The notes under the pieces: model-generated
The model's database searches: none
What the model saw: the letters and a program-made list of their open reading frames with translations, nothing else
Told to the model about the DNA's origin: nothing
Virus record (IMG/VR): IMGVR_UViG_3300045988_079613
Length of the DNA stretch: 64,000 nucleotides
Direction: 5' to 3' (one strand)
Source of the DNA: a virus
Shown: positions 1 to 9,973 of the stretch, piece by piece
Position numbering within the stretch: the stretch's first letter is position 1
Layout of the letters: the number at the start of each line of letters is the position of its first letter
Made by a program: the position numbers and the translations under genes

Positions 1-48
1 AACCTTATTTCTTTACAGGTTTCTTTCCGCCTTTCTTGCATCCCATAA

Positions 49-402
49 TTAATCCTCCTTATAACTTTTAATTTTACAATATTTTAACCAAGAATAGTGT
101 TTCCTAGTCTCAGGGTAAGTGTAGTTATTTTCATTATTGTAAGCTTCCTCTTCAAAGCTAACATCATGATATATAACGTTCTATTTACTGAATAACCTAA
201 ATAATCTAATTATACAATATTCTGTTCCATACCATATATAATATGGTAACCATAACATTTCTTGCATCTATTTTAAATGAATTTTTTCATGGTTATAGCT
301 CTTAGCATTTATCTTAGAAGCATCCCTAGTAAATATTAAGCCAAATAGATTTATATATTTATAACCCTTAAAAGGTATCCATTTATTCTGTATTACTCTC
401 AT
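49..402 (-). CDS. small HExxH-motif protein (117 aa), TAG-recoded
   Basis: ATG at 400-402 and TAA at 49-51. The frame is open only if TAG at 181-183 and 268-270 is read as sense. Contains HEKIH. Lies just downstream of the portal stop. Confidence 0.5.
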
Positions 403-439
403 GTTACTTCATTATATATCTAATATATTCCAGCCATTA

Positions 440-2956
440 TTATTTTCCTCTCGCAGCTTCTGCATTAGTTTTATTCTTCAACGCTGTTTTGGCTTTCAAC
501 TTCTCACGTTCCATTGCAGCATCGTCTTTCATCCTCTATAATTCTTTTTGAGATTCTAGTTTTTGTTTTTCTAGAGCTACTTTCTTCTCCTCTATCTCTC
601 TCTTCAACTATTGTTCTCTTACTTTATTGTTGAATTCGAATTGTTTAGAAGCTTCATCAGATGCTTGTTTTCTTTCTGCTAATGCCTGAGCTGCAATTTC
701 CATAGTATCTGGTATTCCATTTCCATTCTGGTCCATGTTCTCCGCACCTCTATAAGCGTTCAATTGAGCTACAGTAATCTTAGTTGCGTTGTTAGAATCA
801 ATTTCATATTTCTTGAGATCCATTTCAGCTTCTTTAAGCATAAGTTCTTCTTCTTTAACCTCATTCTGCATCTGCAACATCTATTGTTCACGTTCGGCTT
901 GTGCTTGTTCCATAGCTTGTTGTTGTTCCATTCTCTTCTGTTCAATTTCTTCAAGCTTATTTTTAATCATTGTTACATTATCCATAGTAATGATTTCAGT
1001 GATATCTAATAAGCTAGCTCCATTTTGCATAGCTGGTTGCATGAGGTTCTTAAGTGCGTCTATTTGTTGTTGATTTTTAGTAGTATCTTCAACAAATACG
1101 TCATAATCCTCATAGAAGAAGTTATCTGATAATGTTATAAAGGCTCTAGTAGCATCATCTAGTATGTACTATAGATTCGTTTTATTGTCTTTCCAAGCCC
1201 ATTTAGAAGTGTTTAAAAGCATGCTAATAGCCTCTCTTTTTACTTGATTATGAGTCCAAAACCACGGTTCAGTAATATGAGCAGACTATACTACAGATCT
1301 TTCTACATTGCCTACCAATTCATTAGAGGATATACTACCTTCCCTTTGCTTACTTACTCCAGATATTTCAGATAACATAGATTCTATCTTATCCATCAAC
1401 ATAATGTACTAATTAATAGTATTAGCCATAGTAAGATCCAATGCTGTAATCTGATTAAATTGAGCAGGCTTGCCTCCTTCTCTACCAGGTATATCCCAAC
1501 CTTCTTCATACGGATTAATAAAATTAACCCCTAGAGCTGACAAGTAATGCATCCATTTAGATACATCTATATTCATAGACTTAGGTATCTGAGTAATATC
1601 CATATTCACCACTTTACCTTTATCTCTAGCCATTGCTAACTCTAGGCGATACCATAGTACAATATACATATACTGTAATGGTTTCATCATGCTTACCAAA
1701 GATCTAGGTTTACTATTAGTATTATTATATATTACTCCAGTATATGGTAATCTCTAAGCATTAGGATTATCGGCCGATATAAACTAATATTCTATAGGAC
1801 CCATACCGAAATATAGATCTTCTCCAGCTCTATATCCTTCGTATGTCTCTATAATCCATCTCCATTCTACATTTAACTCCATACCGGTAACATTGTAAGT
1901 CTCATCTACTACATATTCTACAGGCTCTCCAGTTTCCGGATCAGTAATGGTAACGAAACCTATTTTCTTAAAACCTTGCCAACACGTATGCCATACGCTT
2001 ATGTTACTCCCGTCCTCAAAAGGATTAGTACTAAATCCATTAATAGTGTGGGTTTTAATATGGGGGTAATCTAATGAAGTTTTACGCACCTCAGGATTAA
2101 CTCCTCCTTTTGCTGAGTCACTCATTAGATCTAGAAGCTCGTTTAATTGTTTTTCAGACAATTTATCATAATATCTATCGTATATGTCAGTAACAGATAG
2201 TTTCATTTCATAAACACACCACTGTGCATCATGAATAAATTCTAGATCTGATGTTTCAGTATCATAATCAAAATACAGAGGATTGATTCGTTCTAAACAA
2301 GGTTCCCCATTTAATATACCCACATAATAGATTTCTTCTCCTCCTATTAAGGCATCTTTCCAACCTTTGAAGAACTCATGAGTAATATTTAACTTATTCT
2401 TTAAATAATTTAGACTATGATATGCAGTTATTTCGGCAATATCCTTATAGTCTTTACTCATATACTTTTGTATCTATTCTGGAGGCATAATCTCTCCAGA
2501 CTCTAAAGCTTGTTGATATCTAGCTTGTTCTTCCGGCCCTAATTTACTCATAATAGTAGCCTGAATATAGTCTATCAACATTTGTTTAGCTTTATCTTGC
2601 ATTTCACTAGTAGCTATTTCACTAGTACGAACTACTCTGAAATTAAATGGTCTTTTAGTCTCTTCTCCAAGTAACAGGTCTATCTTAGGTTTGATTATAT
2701 TATAATCCTAAGCCATAGCTGGAAACCCGTCCTATTGTTTAAATGGATTTGTAACATACTTTAAATCTTTTTCATTGTATATACTATTATACAAATCATA
2801 GTATGTCTACATCTCTTCTTTACGAGTTCTATTGTTACCATTTCTAGAACCACCTTGACTTTTACCAATTATATAGTCTACGCAACTTTTCTTCCAGTCT
2901 TCTGTCTTTTTAGACATAGGTAGTTTCTATAGTGGAAATTGATTAATATTTTTCAT
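440..2956 (-). CDS. portal protein (838 codons), TAG-recoded
   Basis: One frame is continuous through track ORFs 608-880, 1409-1699 and 1784-2461. Only TAG interrupts it, and it ends in a double TAA at 437-442. The ATG lies 2 nt after the terL stop; an alternative ATG is at 2917. Size and position fit a portal. Confidence 0.7.
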
Positions 2957-2958
2957 AG

Positions 2959-5900
2959 TTAAAACATATATGCTTTTATATTATCAATAGTATCGTCGTC
3001 ACGATACCATTCTTGAGTAAAAATAGGACCTTCGAATAGTACCCTATTTTTATTCTCTTTTTTCTTCTCTTTGACCTTTACATTATAGAGCTACTCTCTA
3101 TAAATCATCACCTGCATCAACGCCATGACTCTATCAAAGTTTCCTGTATCATTATAGCTTATAAGCTCTTCTAATAGCGGCTCTGACAATATGTTATGCA
3201 AGTTCTTTTTACCAGGAGCCTATTCTTCATTTAACCAGTCCTTAATCAAGCCTTCTCCCCATTGCTTGATCTATTTATTCATGTGACAACCTTTTTTTCT
3301 TTGTACTTTGGAATTACCAACGACATCGGAAATAATATCGGGTTGGTCAGCCAGCAAATAGTCGCAATGCTTAGCAGTAAAATAAGGGAACAAGCCTTTG
3401 CGCTCATTTTCGTACATGATTCTGCCATTATAGTATACGGCTAATTTGCGTAAATTTTCATAATACTCTTCAGCTGTAGATGGGCGGCCAGTATACTCAG
3501 CAACAATAATATCATAATAGTTTTCGAAGTCTTGAAAACGTTTATAAACAAATGTAGATCCCAACGAGTTAGTACCAGATTGATCATGATCATAAGGGTC
3601 AACGCCTAGTATGTATAAACCTATAGGAGCATCTTTAACTGGATGTTCCCATATAACTATACTTCCTGTTGGATTATCATCCTTTTTTAACGGATAATGA
3701 GTTATATCACCAATTTTTTTAATCACCCACTTTAGTGTACCATCCTTTTCCCATATCAGATCTCCAATCTATTTATGATTACTTAAGTGTTTATTAGTAC
3801 GTATAGTAGCTAACTATTCCTATAACTCTTTCTTAGGGAATATGTTACCACCAAACTCCAAACATGCTTCCTAGGGCGTTATACAGTTATGTACCCAAAC
3901 ACCATTAGCAGATAGGGCGTGTGTGATGGTATTAATATCCCACACTTTATCAGTTTTTATATATTCAATTGATACTATTTTACCATATGAGTAATCACGC
4001 ATTGACTTAGAAGGTTTGGTATCTTTGATGTACTCATTCTTTCTATAACTTATAAATCCGATCTATTCTCTAAACTTAGGTATATCTATCTTTCGTATGT
4101 TTAACTTGTTTTCTATATACGTGTATCCATTTCCATTTATAGAGTTTCTAGATTTAACAGAAGCGTGAATGTCAAAACCTCTCAATAAGAACTACATATC
4201 TAACAATACCTATTTTTCTTTGCTAAAGAAACCTACATGATTACCATCCTTAGAAGAATATCCGTCAGAATCAAATAGGCCAGATAAAAATGCAGAAACT
4301 ACAGATTTCGGTGATTTTAATATATATTCAGGAATATATACTCTTCTCATTAGATTACCATTAGAATTAGAACGTAACAACTGTAAAGCCTTAAAGATTT
4401 CTATAGATCCTTTTCTAGATACTCGTAACTCTATTCCTCCTTTTAATTTTCCAATTTCAGTTTTATTACAACCTCCAAAATTAAGATTGAAAAAAGCCTC
4501 TGCCCATTTTATAGAGTCTATATCCTATTTATCGAATACTAAGCCTATTGCTCCGCTTGGACCATAAAAGAACCCATCTCCCATAAATAATCCTAAAAAT
4601 CTACCCCAGTCTTCATCTATCAATATAGAAGTATTAGTTGCAGGAATCAATCCAGGAACAGAAACGTGTTGATATACTTCAGAGAATTCGGTATTATAAT
4701 ATTTAATTGGATCTCCTACTTTGTAATCTTTTAATTCTCTATACTATTTACCATCAAATATTTTATGATTGTCTGTAAGTAACAGTTCCGTTCCATCTTC
4801 TGTAGTTAATCTGTATACATCCTTTACACCCGATATCCACGCTTTAGGATTATCCTTTATTCTTGTTACTCCATCTTCTGTACTAATCCAAGTATCACCG
4901 TCTAAACAGTGTTCTGCAACGTATCTATCTACTGCTACAGAGTTAGTAGCATTTTCTATTACTTTTCTACGCTCAGCTAATATATATTCTACGGACTTTC
5001 TACGTAACGTATTTCCATCATTATCCATGTATATTCTATTACCTTCATCATCACGGAAGTCCATGTTTGTATACTGAGGTATAAAGAACCCACACTTCTT
5101 GTCCGATGGTGTTTCATCCCATATGTTATCAAATCCCATACAGTTGTAACCATCAGGATTATAGAACATATCTTTAAGAGTCTCAAAATGGCTATCTTCG
5201 TCACCACCTGTACCAAATGCAATCATTGTTCCGAACGCCATACCATCTTGTTCTACAGATGGTCTAGCAATCTGCCATGCGGCGCCTAGTTCTGAGAATG
5301 AACCAGCTTCTTCAAAGATAATTAACTTGCCAGCTTTACCACGAACTACGTCAGGGTTATCTTTTAGAGTAACACCAATTATTTCTGACTTGAAACCTAA
5401 TTCTATCTCATTACCATATTCGTCTTTAGTAAAGAATCCAGCACGTTTACGCATCTAAGTATTAACAGACCTCTTTTTACCCCAGGCCGTATTCTTATCT
5501 ATAAAGTCCATATAGTCCCATGCTTTAGTAAGAATACCGTCTTCTGTTAAATACTACTTATTACTAGCATATATATATGTTTTACTACCTGGGAATAAGT
5601 AGTAGTTACGACACGCCATAGAAGCGTTCTTATATGAGTAACCCTTACGTCTACTCTTCAATGCACATAAATGTTTACCTTCTCCTTCAGCATCTTCTAC
5701 TGCTTGAAAGAAGTAATAGTCGTAATCATAGAAGTCTGGGAACTATAGATCACGTGTCTTTTTTATCTTAGTAGATCCATCTGGATTGTTTATAGTAGTA
5801 TAGATAATTCTTTGAATAGGACAGAAGTTTAAATAAAAATAGTTATACCCACTGATGAAATCACCATCATCAGCTGTATAACCATATTTACATCTATCCA

Positions 5901-6033
5901 TCTATTCGTCCCAGTATTTAAAGTACTCTGATGTACCTTCTGGGTACTAACAATAAGAGCCGACTTCGAGAAATCTCAGAGCCGGCTGTCTAAACTTATC
6001 GCTGTTTTTTATCTACTTATTGAAGTCTACCAT
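2959..6033 (-). CDS. terL: terminase large subunit, intein-containing, TAG-recoded (1024 codons; about 683 after splicing)
   Basis: ATG at 6031-6033 follows an in-frame TAA at 6046-6048; the stop is TAA at 2959-2961. Only TAG interrupts the frame. Terminase-like ATPase and nuclease segments flank the intein (GKLIIFEEAG, GTGGDEDSHF, LGVDPYDHD). Confidence 0.85.
3886..4908 (-). mobile_element. intein (341 codons) with LAGLIDADG homing-endonuclease domain inside terL
   Basis: Begins with Cys in CLDGDTWI (codon 4906-4908) and has LTDNHK (TxxH block). Two LAGLIDADG motifs are present (LGLFMGDGFF, LSGLFDSDGY). Ends VWVHN (Asn 3886-3888), followed by Cys at 3883-3885. Confidence 0.8.
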
Positions 6034-6574
6034 CTTGTGAATTACTTAACCTGTATCTTTTAGGGTATCTTTTATATAGAGTATCTTCTTTATATATAAT
6101 ATAATGCATAGTTCCTTTACTGGATATATTATATTTATTCATTAACTGAGTATATGTAAAACCAGATTCTCTATCTTTTCTTATATTTTCTACTATATCT
6201 GCAGAGTATTTTCTACGTATTTGACCGCAATTAATAGATATCAGTTCTTTTGGAATGTCGTGTTTATTGTCTTTAATAGTTCCTATTCCTATATTGTCGT
6301 AAGAATTATCATATCTATCTCCATTCAAGTGTCTTACTACTATTCCATCTTCATAAATTTTATCACCAAACTTTTGATATGCTTGTAACCTGTGAATCAT
6401 ACAATGTACCTTCTTATTTTCTCTTCTAGGTCCTATTCTTATATCGAAGTTGTAGTAATCTCTCTTACGATCTTTTATCCTACCTTTTACTTGTACTCCA
6501 TTTCTGTTTAAAAGAATTCCATCTTTTGTAACAGTGTAACCCTTAATAAGGGCTAATTCTTCTGGTTTTATCAT
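6017..6574 (-). CDS. HNH homing endonuclease (185 aa), standard code
   Basis: HNH core VHCMIHRL...RHLNGDRYDNSYDN...DNKHD plus a C-terminal HTH-like segment. No in-frame TAG. Its last 17 nt overlap the terL start. Confidence 0.85.
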   Translation of the reverse strand: MIKPEELALIKGYTVTKDGILLNRNGVQVKGRIKDRKRDYYNFDIRIGPRRENKKVHCMIHRLQAYQKFGDKIYEDGIVVRHLNGDRYDNSYDNIGIGTIKDNKHDIPKELISINCGQIRRKYSADIVENIRKDRESGFTYTQLMNKYNISSKGTMHYIIYKEDTLYKRYPKRYRLSNSQDGRLQ

Positions 6575-6591
6575 AATAAAATAAAATTAAT

Positions 6592-6670
6592 TGGTCCTCC
6601 CGTCCGGTTCTGCTCCAGATCCTCAACTTTTAGAGAGTTGTGTGCTAAGCATCTCATACACTACAGGAGA
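6592..6670 (-). tRNA. amber-suppressor tRNA, anticodon CUA (likely Gln-derived), CCA encoded
   Basis: Cloverleaf of 76 nt plus CCA. Acceptor TCTCCTG/CGGGAGG (two G-U pairs); D stem GTGT/GCAC. Anticodon arm CAACT-CTCTAAA-AGTTG with the anticodon at 6631-6633. T stem TCTGG/CCGGA; discriminator A followed by CCA at 6592-6594. Confidence 0.75.
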
Positions 6671-6678
6671 ATATTAAG

Positions 6679-6781
6679 CGGGAGAGGAAAGATTCGAACT
6701 TTCAAACCCAAGAGTTTTGTTAACGACGACTTTAGGGCGCTTCCGTCAATCTACTGCCGTATACCATTCCGCCACTCTCCC
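6679..6781 (-). tRNA. atypical 103-nt tRNA-like gene (Leu/Ser-like D arm), anticodon arm not foldable
   Basis: Acceptor GGGAGAG/CTCTCCC is perfect and the T arm is GAAAG-TTCGAAT-CTTTC. The D region reads GGCGGAATGGTATACGGC. The 53 nt between the D and T arms contain no 5-bp/7-nt/5-bp hairpin. Confidence 0.45.
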
Positions 6782-6826
6782 GTGCCAGGGAATATTTAAT
6801 GTCTGTCCCTGTCAGACTTTTAAATA

Positions 6827-6967
6827 TCAAAACCAAGAGAACAGTCTCTTATACCAAGGTTTTCTTTGACCAAGTTTATGTAAAACTGCATATGCTTCTT
6901 CCATCTGCTGCCATACTTCTTCTTGGGTTTTATTCATATCAATTACAATATTTACTTGCTTTTTCAT
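6827..6967 (-). CDS. possible small protein (46 aa)
   Basis: ATG at 6965-6967 and TGA at 6827-6829. Below the track cutoff. Lies between the last middle gene and the tRNAs. Confidence 0.3.
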   Translation of the reverse strand: MKKQVNIVIDMNKTQEEVWQQMEEAYAVLHKLGQRKPWYKRLFSWF

Positions 6968-7026
6968 CTTATTCAAAATTATATTATTATAAACGTATTG
7001 TTTAATTTTGGTTGTCTTTAACTGTA

Positions 7027-7560
7027 TTATCCTGCCAACTCATAAGGATTAACCTTGGCATCTCCCTTTACTTTACCCATAGTTAATTCCTCAGCTTGAA
7101 CCATAGACTTTAATGCTTCTATACTCTTAATAGTATTAGCTGTAGAACCCATTCCAGCTAGTAGATCTTTGATCTTCTTCTCATCCAAACAATCATCTAA
7201 TGACTCTTCATACCACCTAGTAACTGAGTCTAATTTGTTCATTTGAGCATCTAGCATCTTTAGTATTCTAGTATTTTGCCAATCTATGTACTCCTGTTCA
7301 GCTACCTTTTCTTCTTCAGTAAGTTCATAGCTAGGGTCTTCAAATACTTGCTCTTTGAGTCTTATTTCTCTAGTATGAGCATCCATACTCTTCTTATATG
7401 GGCTACTCCATTTATGCATAAGTACTATATAAGTAATAACAAGCTCTTGATGAACTTTGTCTTCCGAAGTATCATGTTCATACAGTCTTTTGAATGCTGG
7501 TACAAAGTATAGATCAGGATGAATTACTACTTTACCGCCTACTATATCAACAAGATTCAT
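7027..7560 (-). CDS. hypothetical protein (177 aa)
   Basis: Track ORF with a TAA stop, tightly packed. It is the last gene before the tRNA and terminase region, so a small-terminase role is only a positional guess. Confidence 0.65.
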   Translation of the reverse strand: MNLVDIVGGKVVIHPDLYFVPAFKRLYEHDTSEDKVHQELVITYIVLMHKWSSPYKKSMDAHTREIRLKEQVFEDPSYELTEEEKVAEQEYIDWQNTRILKMLDAQMNKLDSVTRWYEESLDDCLDEKKIKDLLAGMGSTANTIKSIEALKSMVQAEELTMGKVKGDAKVNPYELAG

Positions 7561-7849
7561 TTCTTTGTTTACTTAATTTATATTGATACCACTCACCTAA
7601 ATCATGAATAGCCGCAGGATCTGATATTACCACTACTTTTACTTCATCCTTGTCATTATAATATCTGACACATGTTAGAATAAACTCTCCTGCTTTAACA
7701 TCAATCACTTCATTAGTAGTAATAACTTGACCATCTGAATCTGCTCTGTATATATTACAGTCTACATTAGTAAGTTTTGGAGTAATAGCATTATTATCCG
7801 TATTAAAACTTATTGCTTCTCCATAATTATTCACTAGTATCTTTTCCAT
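7547..7849 (-). CDS. hypothetical protein (100 aa)
   Basis: Track ORF with a TGA stop. Overlaps both neighbours by a few nt. Confidence 0.65.
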   Translation of the reverse strand: MEKILVNNYGEAISFNTDNNAITPKLTNVDCNIYRADSDGQVITTNEVIDVKAGEFILTCVRYYNDKDEVKVVVISDPAAIHDLGEWYQYKLSKQRNESC

Positions 7850-8226
7850 TATGCTGCTCCTACAGGTTCACAATCGCAACAACCTTTATCGTTCATTGCT
7901 ACTTTTCTTTCTTTTCTATCAGCTTCCAGTATCTCAATTCTTCTACGATAATAGTCCTTCAATTCTGGATTATCTAACACTATATACTCCTTATCATAGT
8001 AGTTACCGGTAGTACTATACATTCTAAGTATAATGTCATACTGTTTTAATTCAATAGATTTTTTATTACTATCTTTATCAATTATTTCCAATATACCGTT
8101 TTCTGGCATAATATAAATATAATCAATATCATTGAATCTACCAATAGCTTCGAATTCTTCTTTCTCGAAATCTACTTTATAGATGTTAGAGTTATCTACT
8201 CTTGCATAAAACTTTACCATAATCAA
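7849..8226 (-). CDS. hypothetical protein (125 aa)
   Basis: Track ORF with a TAA stop. Confidence 0.65.
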   Translation of the reverse strand: MIMVKFYARVDNSNIYKVDFEKEEFEAIGRFNDIDYIYIMPENGILEIIDKDSNKKSIELKQYDIILRMYSTTGNYYDKEYIVLDNPELKDYYRRRIEILEADRKERKVAMNDKGCCDCEPVGAA

Positions 8227-8253
8227 TCAATTCTATAACCTAAATATTTCTCT

Positions 8254-8658
8254 TTATTTAATCTCTGTATTATCGCTAACGCTCTCCTCAGTGATACATT
8301 CGGATTTGTGTAGTTTTTCAGGGTCTGATACTTCTGCACTATCTGTTGAAAGTTCTGTAATTCCTGTTCCAAGCTCTCTGGCGTTATATTTTTCTTCATA
8401 TCTCTCAGTTAAACGCTTACACATTAGATCTATTTGTTCTACTCTATCTACAGTATCAATTTCTCCTTTACCTTCTTGTACCATTAAGGTAGTAAGTTCA
8501 TCAATAGTATCATTAGTAAAGTCTTCATAAGTAATAATACCATTTTCGATAACTTTATCCACGGCTTTATATAAAGCCTTCATACCTTTAGTAAAGTTAA
8601 CTTGGTCAACATTACTCTTCTCGATGTTCCACATCGCCTTACTCTCTTCTATTGTCAT
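8254..8658 (-). CDS. hypothetical acidic protein (134 aa)
   Basis: Track ORF with a TAA stop. Confidence 0.65.
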   Translation of the reverse strand: MTIEESKAMWNIEKSNVDQVNFTKGMKALYKAVDKVIENGIITYEDFTNDTIDELTTLMVQEGKGEIDTVDRVEQIDLMCKRLTERYEEKYNARELGTGITELSTDSAEVSDPEKLHKSECITEESVSDNTEIK

Positions 8659-9073
8659 TTTGTTTTGCTTTAATTATACTCTTACTAACACAACCAGCTA
8701 TCCATCCTACTAAGTAAGCATAACCTTCATTACCATCCTTGAAATCTTCTGTATACATTCCTAGTTCTTGATATATATAGTCTGCAGCATGTACTGCCTC
8801 ATGTGATATATCAGACTGTTGCATCTCATCTAAATCAGGTACTTGAATTAATACACCATACTTGCCATCTTCCTTGTTTATTACAGAACGAGTTACCATT
8901 GCATAGTTACTACCGCGGAAGTCTACTTTAGCCTCCTCATCAGTAAATTCAACTTTACCATCTGTACTTAATAACTTGAAATGCTCCTGTAAGTCTTCAA
9001 CTTCTACCGCTACGTATAGTCTTCTAGGGTATATCTGAGGATCATACATGTCTATTTTTGGCGTCTTCTTCAT
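8639..9073 (-). CDS. putative zinc metallopeptidase-like protein (HExxH)
   Basis: Track ORF containing the HEAVH motif. Confidence 0.5.
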   Translation of the reverse strand: MKKTPKIDMYDPQIYPRRLYVAVEVEDLQEHFKLLSTDGKVEFTDEEAKVDFRGSNYAMVTRSVINKEDGKYGVLIQVPDLDEMQQSDISHEAVHAADYIYQELGMYTEDFKDGNEGYAYLVGWIAGCVSKSIIKAKQNDNRRE

Positions 9074-9219
9074 ATCTCTTCTTTATCTTGATCTTCCCTA
9101 AGTAAGCAAACATTACCGGTTTAGGATCTAAATCTGTTATGATCTGATTAGTAAATTTAAACGGGCTATTACATATCACTTCAATAACTTGATATGGAAT
9201 GTTATACTTGTTACTTAAT

Positions 9220-9606
9220 TTAGTATATATACTCGTCTAATTTCTCATTCCATTCTACTTTCTTATAATATTTACATGTAGCTAATGTAATAGGTCCTAA
9301 TAACGTGTTAGGTCTTACTATATTTATTAGTGATGCTATATCTACCCAATCGCTACTATATAAAGTGTCCTTAGCAAGGACGCTTATCTTAGATTGTTCT
9401 TGTTTATTATACTTACGTATAGGTTCATATATTTCTATATCTTTCATATCATCCGAGGTAAGCAACTCTGTTCGATTAGGTACTATAGTAAACATGTTAA
9501 ATGGTAGCTGTTTACCTCTAATCTTATTCCACAGTTTCTTGATATACGGATACTTCTTCCATGCTATTATTGTTCCTGCCTCAAGCAGGAATGATCTCAT
9601 TTTCAT
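9220..9606 (-). CDS. hypothetical protein (128 aa)
   Basis: Track ORF with a TAA stop. Confidence 0.65.
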   Translation of the reverse strand: MKMRSFLLEAGTIIAWKKYPYIKKLWNKIRGKQLPFNMFTIVPNRTELLTSDDMKDIEIYEPIRKYNKQEQSKISVLAKDTLYSSDWVDIASLINIVRPNTLLGPITLATCKYYKKVEWNEKLDEYIY

Positions 9607-9718
9607 CTTTATTTAATCTTAATATAATTGTAATTTGTACTCTATCACCGATTATCTCAGGTATTAATACTTTATTTACTTTTACCTCGTCTTCTATTTC
9701 ACCTTTTACTAGTATACC

Positions 9719-9973
9719 CTAACTCTTGAATTTAGCTATGTATCTACTCAAATTATCTGGAGTAATACCTAGAGTACGCTTAATGTACTTCCTATTTTCA
9801 GCACTTATTACATTCTTACTAATATTAGGGAGTTTAGGAGTATTAATGTCTAAGTCTATAAACGTAGCTAATAATTCTAACTCCCTATTAGTAAGGTCTA
9901 ATATACCATTAAGGCTTTTTAAGAATTCTTTATACAAATCGGTTTTAGATACTTTCTTAACCAATTTATTCAT
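9719..9973 (-). CDS. hypothetical protein (84 aa), TAG-terminated, possible read-through to 9581
   Basis: Track ORF and the only gene of this block that ends in TAG (9719-9721). The frame stays open for 45 more codons to TGA at 9581-9583. Confidence 0.6.
   Translation of the reverse strand: MNKLVKKVSKTDLYKEFLKSLNGILDLTNRELELLATFIDLDINTPKLPNISKNVISAENRKYIKRTLGITPDNLSRYIAKFKS

Noticed and set aside
5-46. A 13-codon ORF (MGCKKGGKKPVKK) preceded by AAGGAGG at the window edge.
   Set aside because: The Shine-Dalgarno-like string is simply the coding end of the upstream gene (KED stop). The peptide is too short to support, and the region is truncated by the window.
764-1073. Plus-strand track ORFs lying inside the minus-strand late genes, such as 764-1009 and 789-1073. 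Similar cases are 4769-5077, 43759-44148, 49189-49566, 50971-51225 and 56817-57044.
   Set aside because: They are low-complexity antisense shadows of long, motif-bearing minus-strand frames. They have no start context and no motifs.
6017-6800. The HNH gene plus the tRNAs as an intron splitting terL.
   Set aside because: terL has its own ATG at 6031-6033, directly after an in-frame TAA (6046-6048). No terL-like exon lies upstream of the tRNAs.
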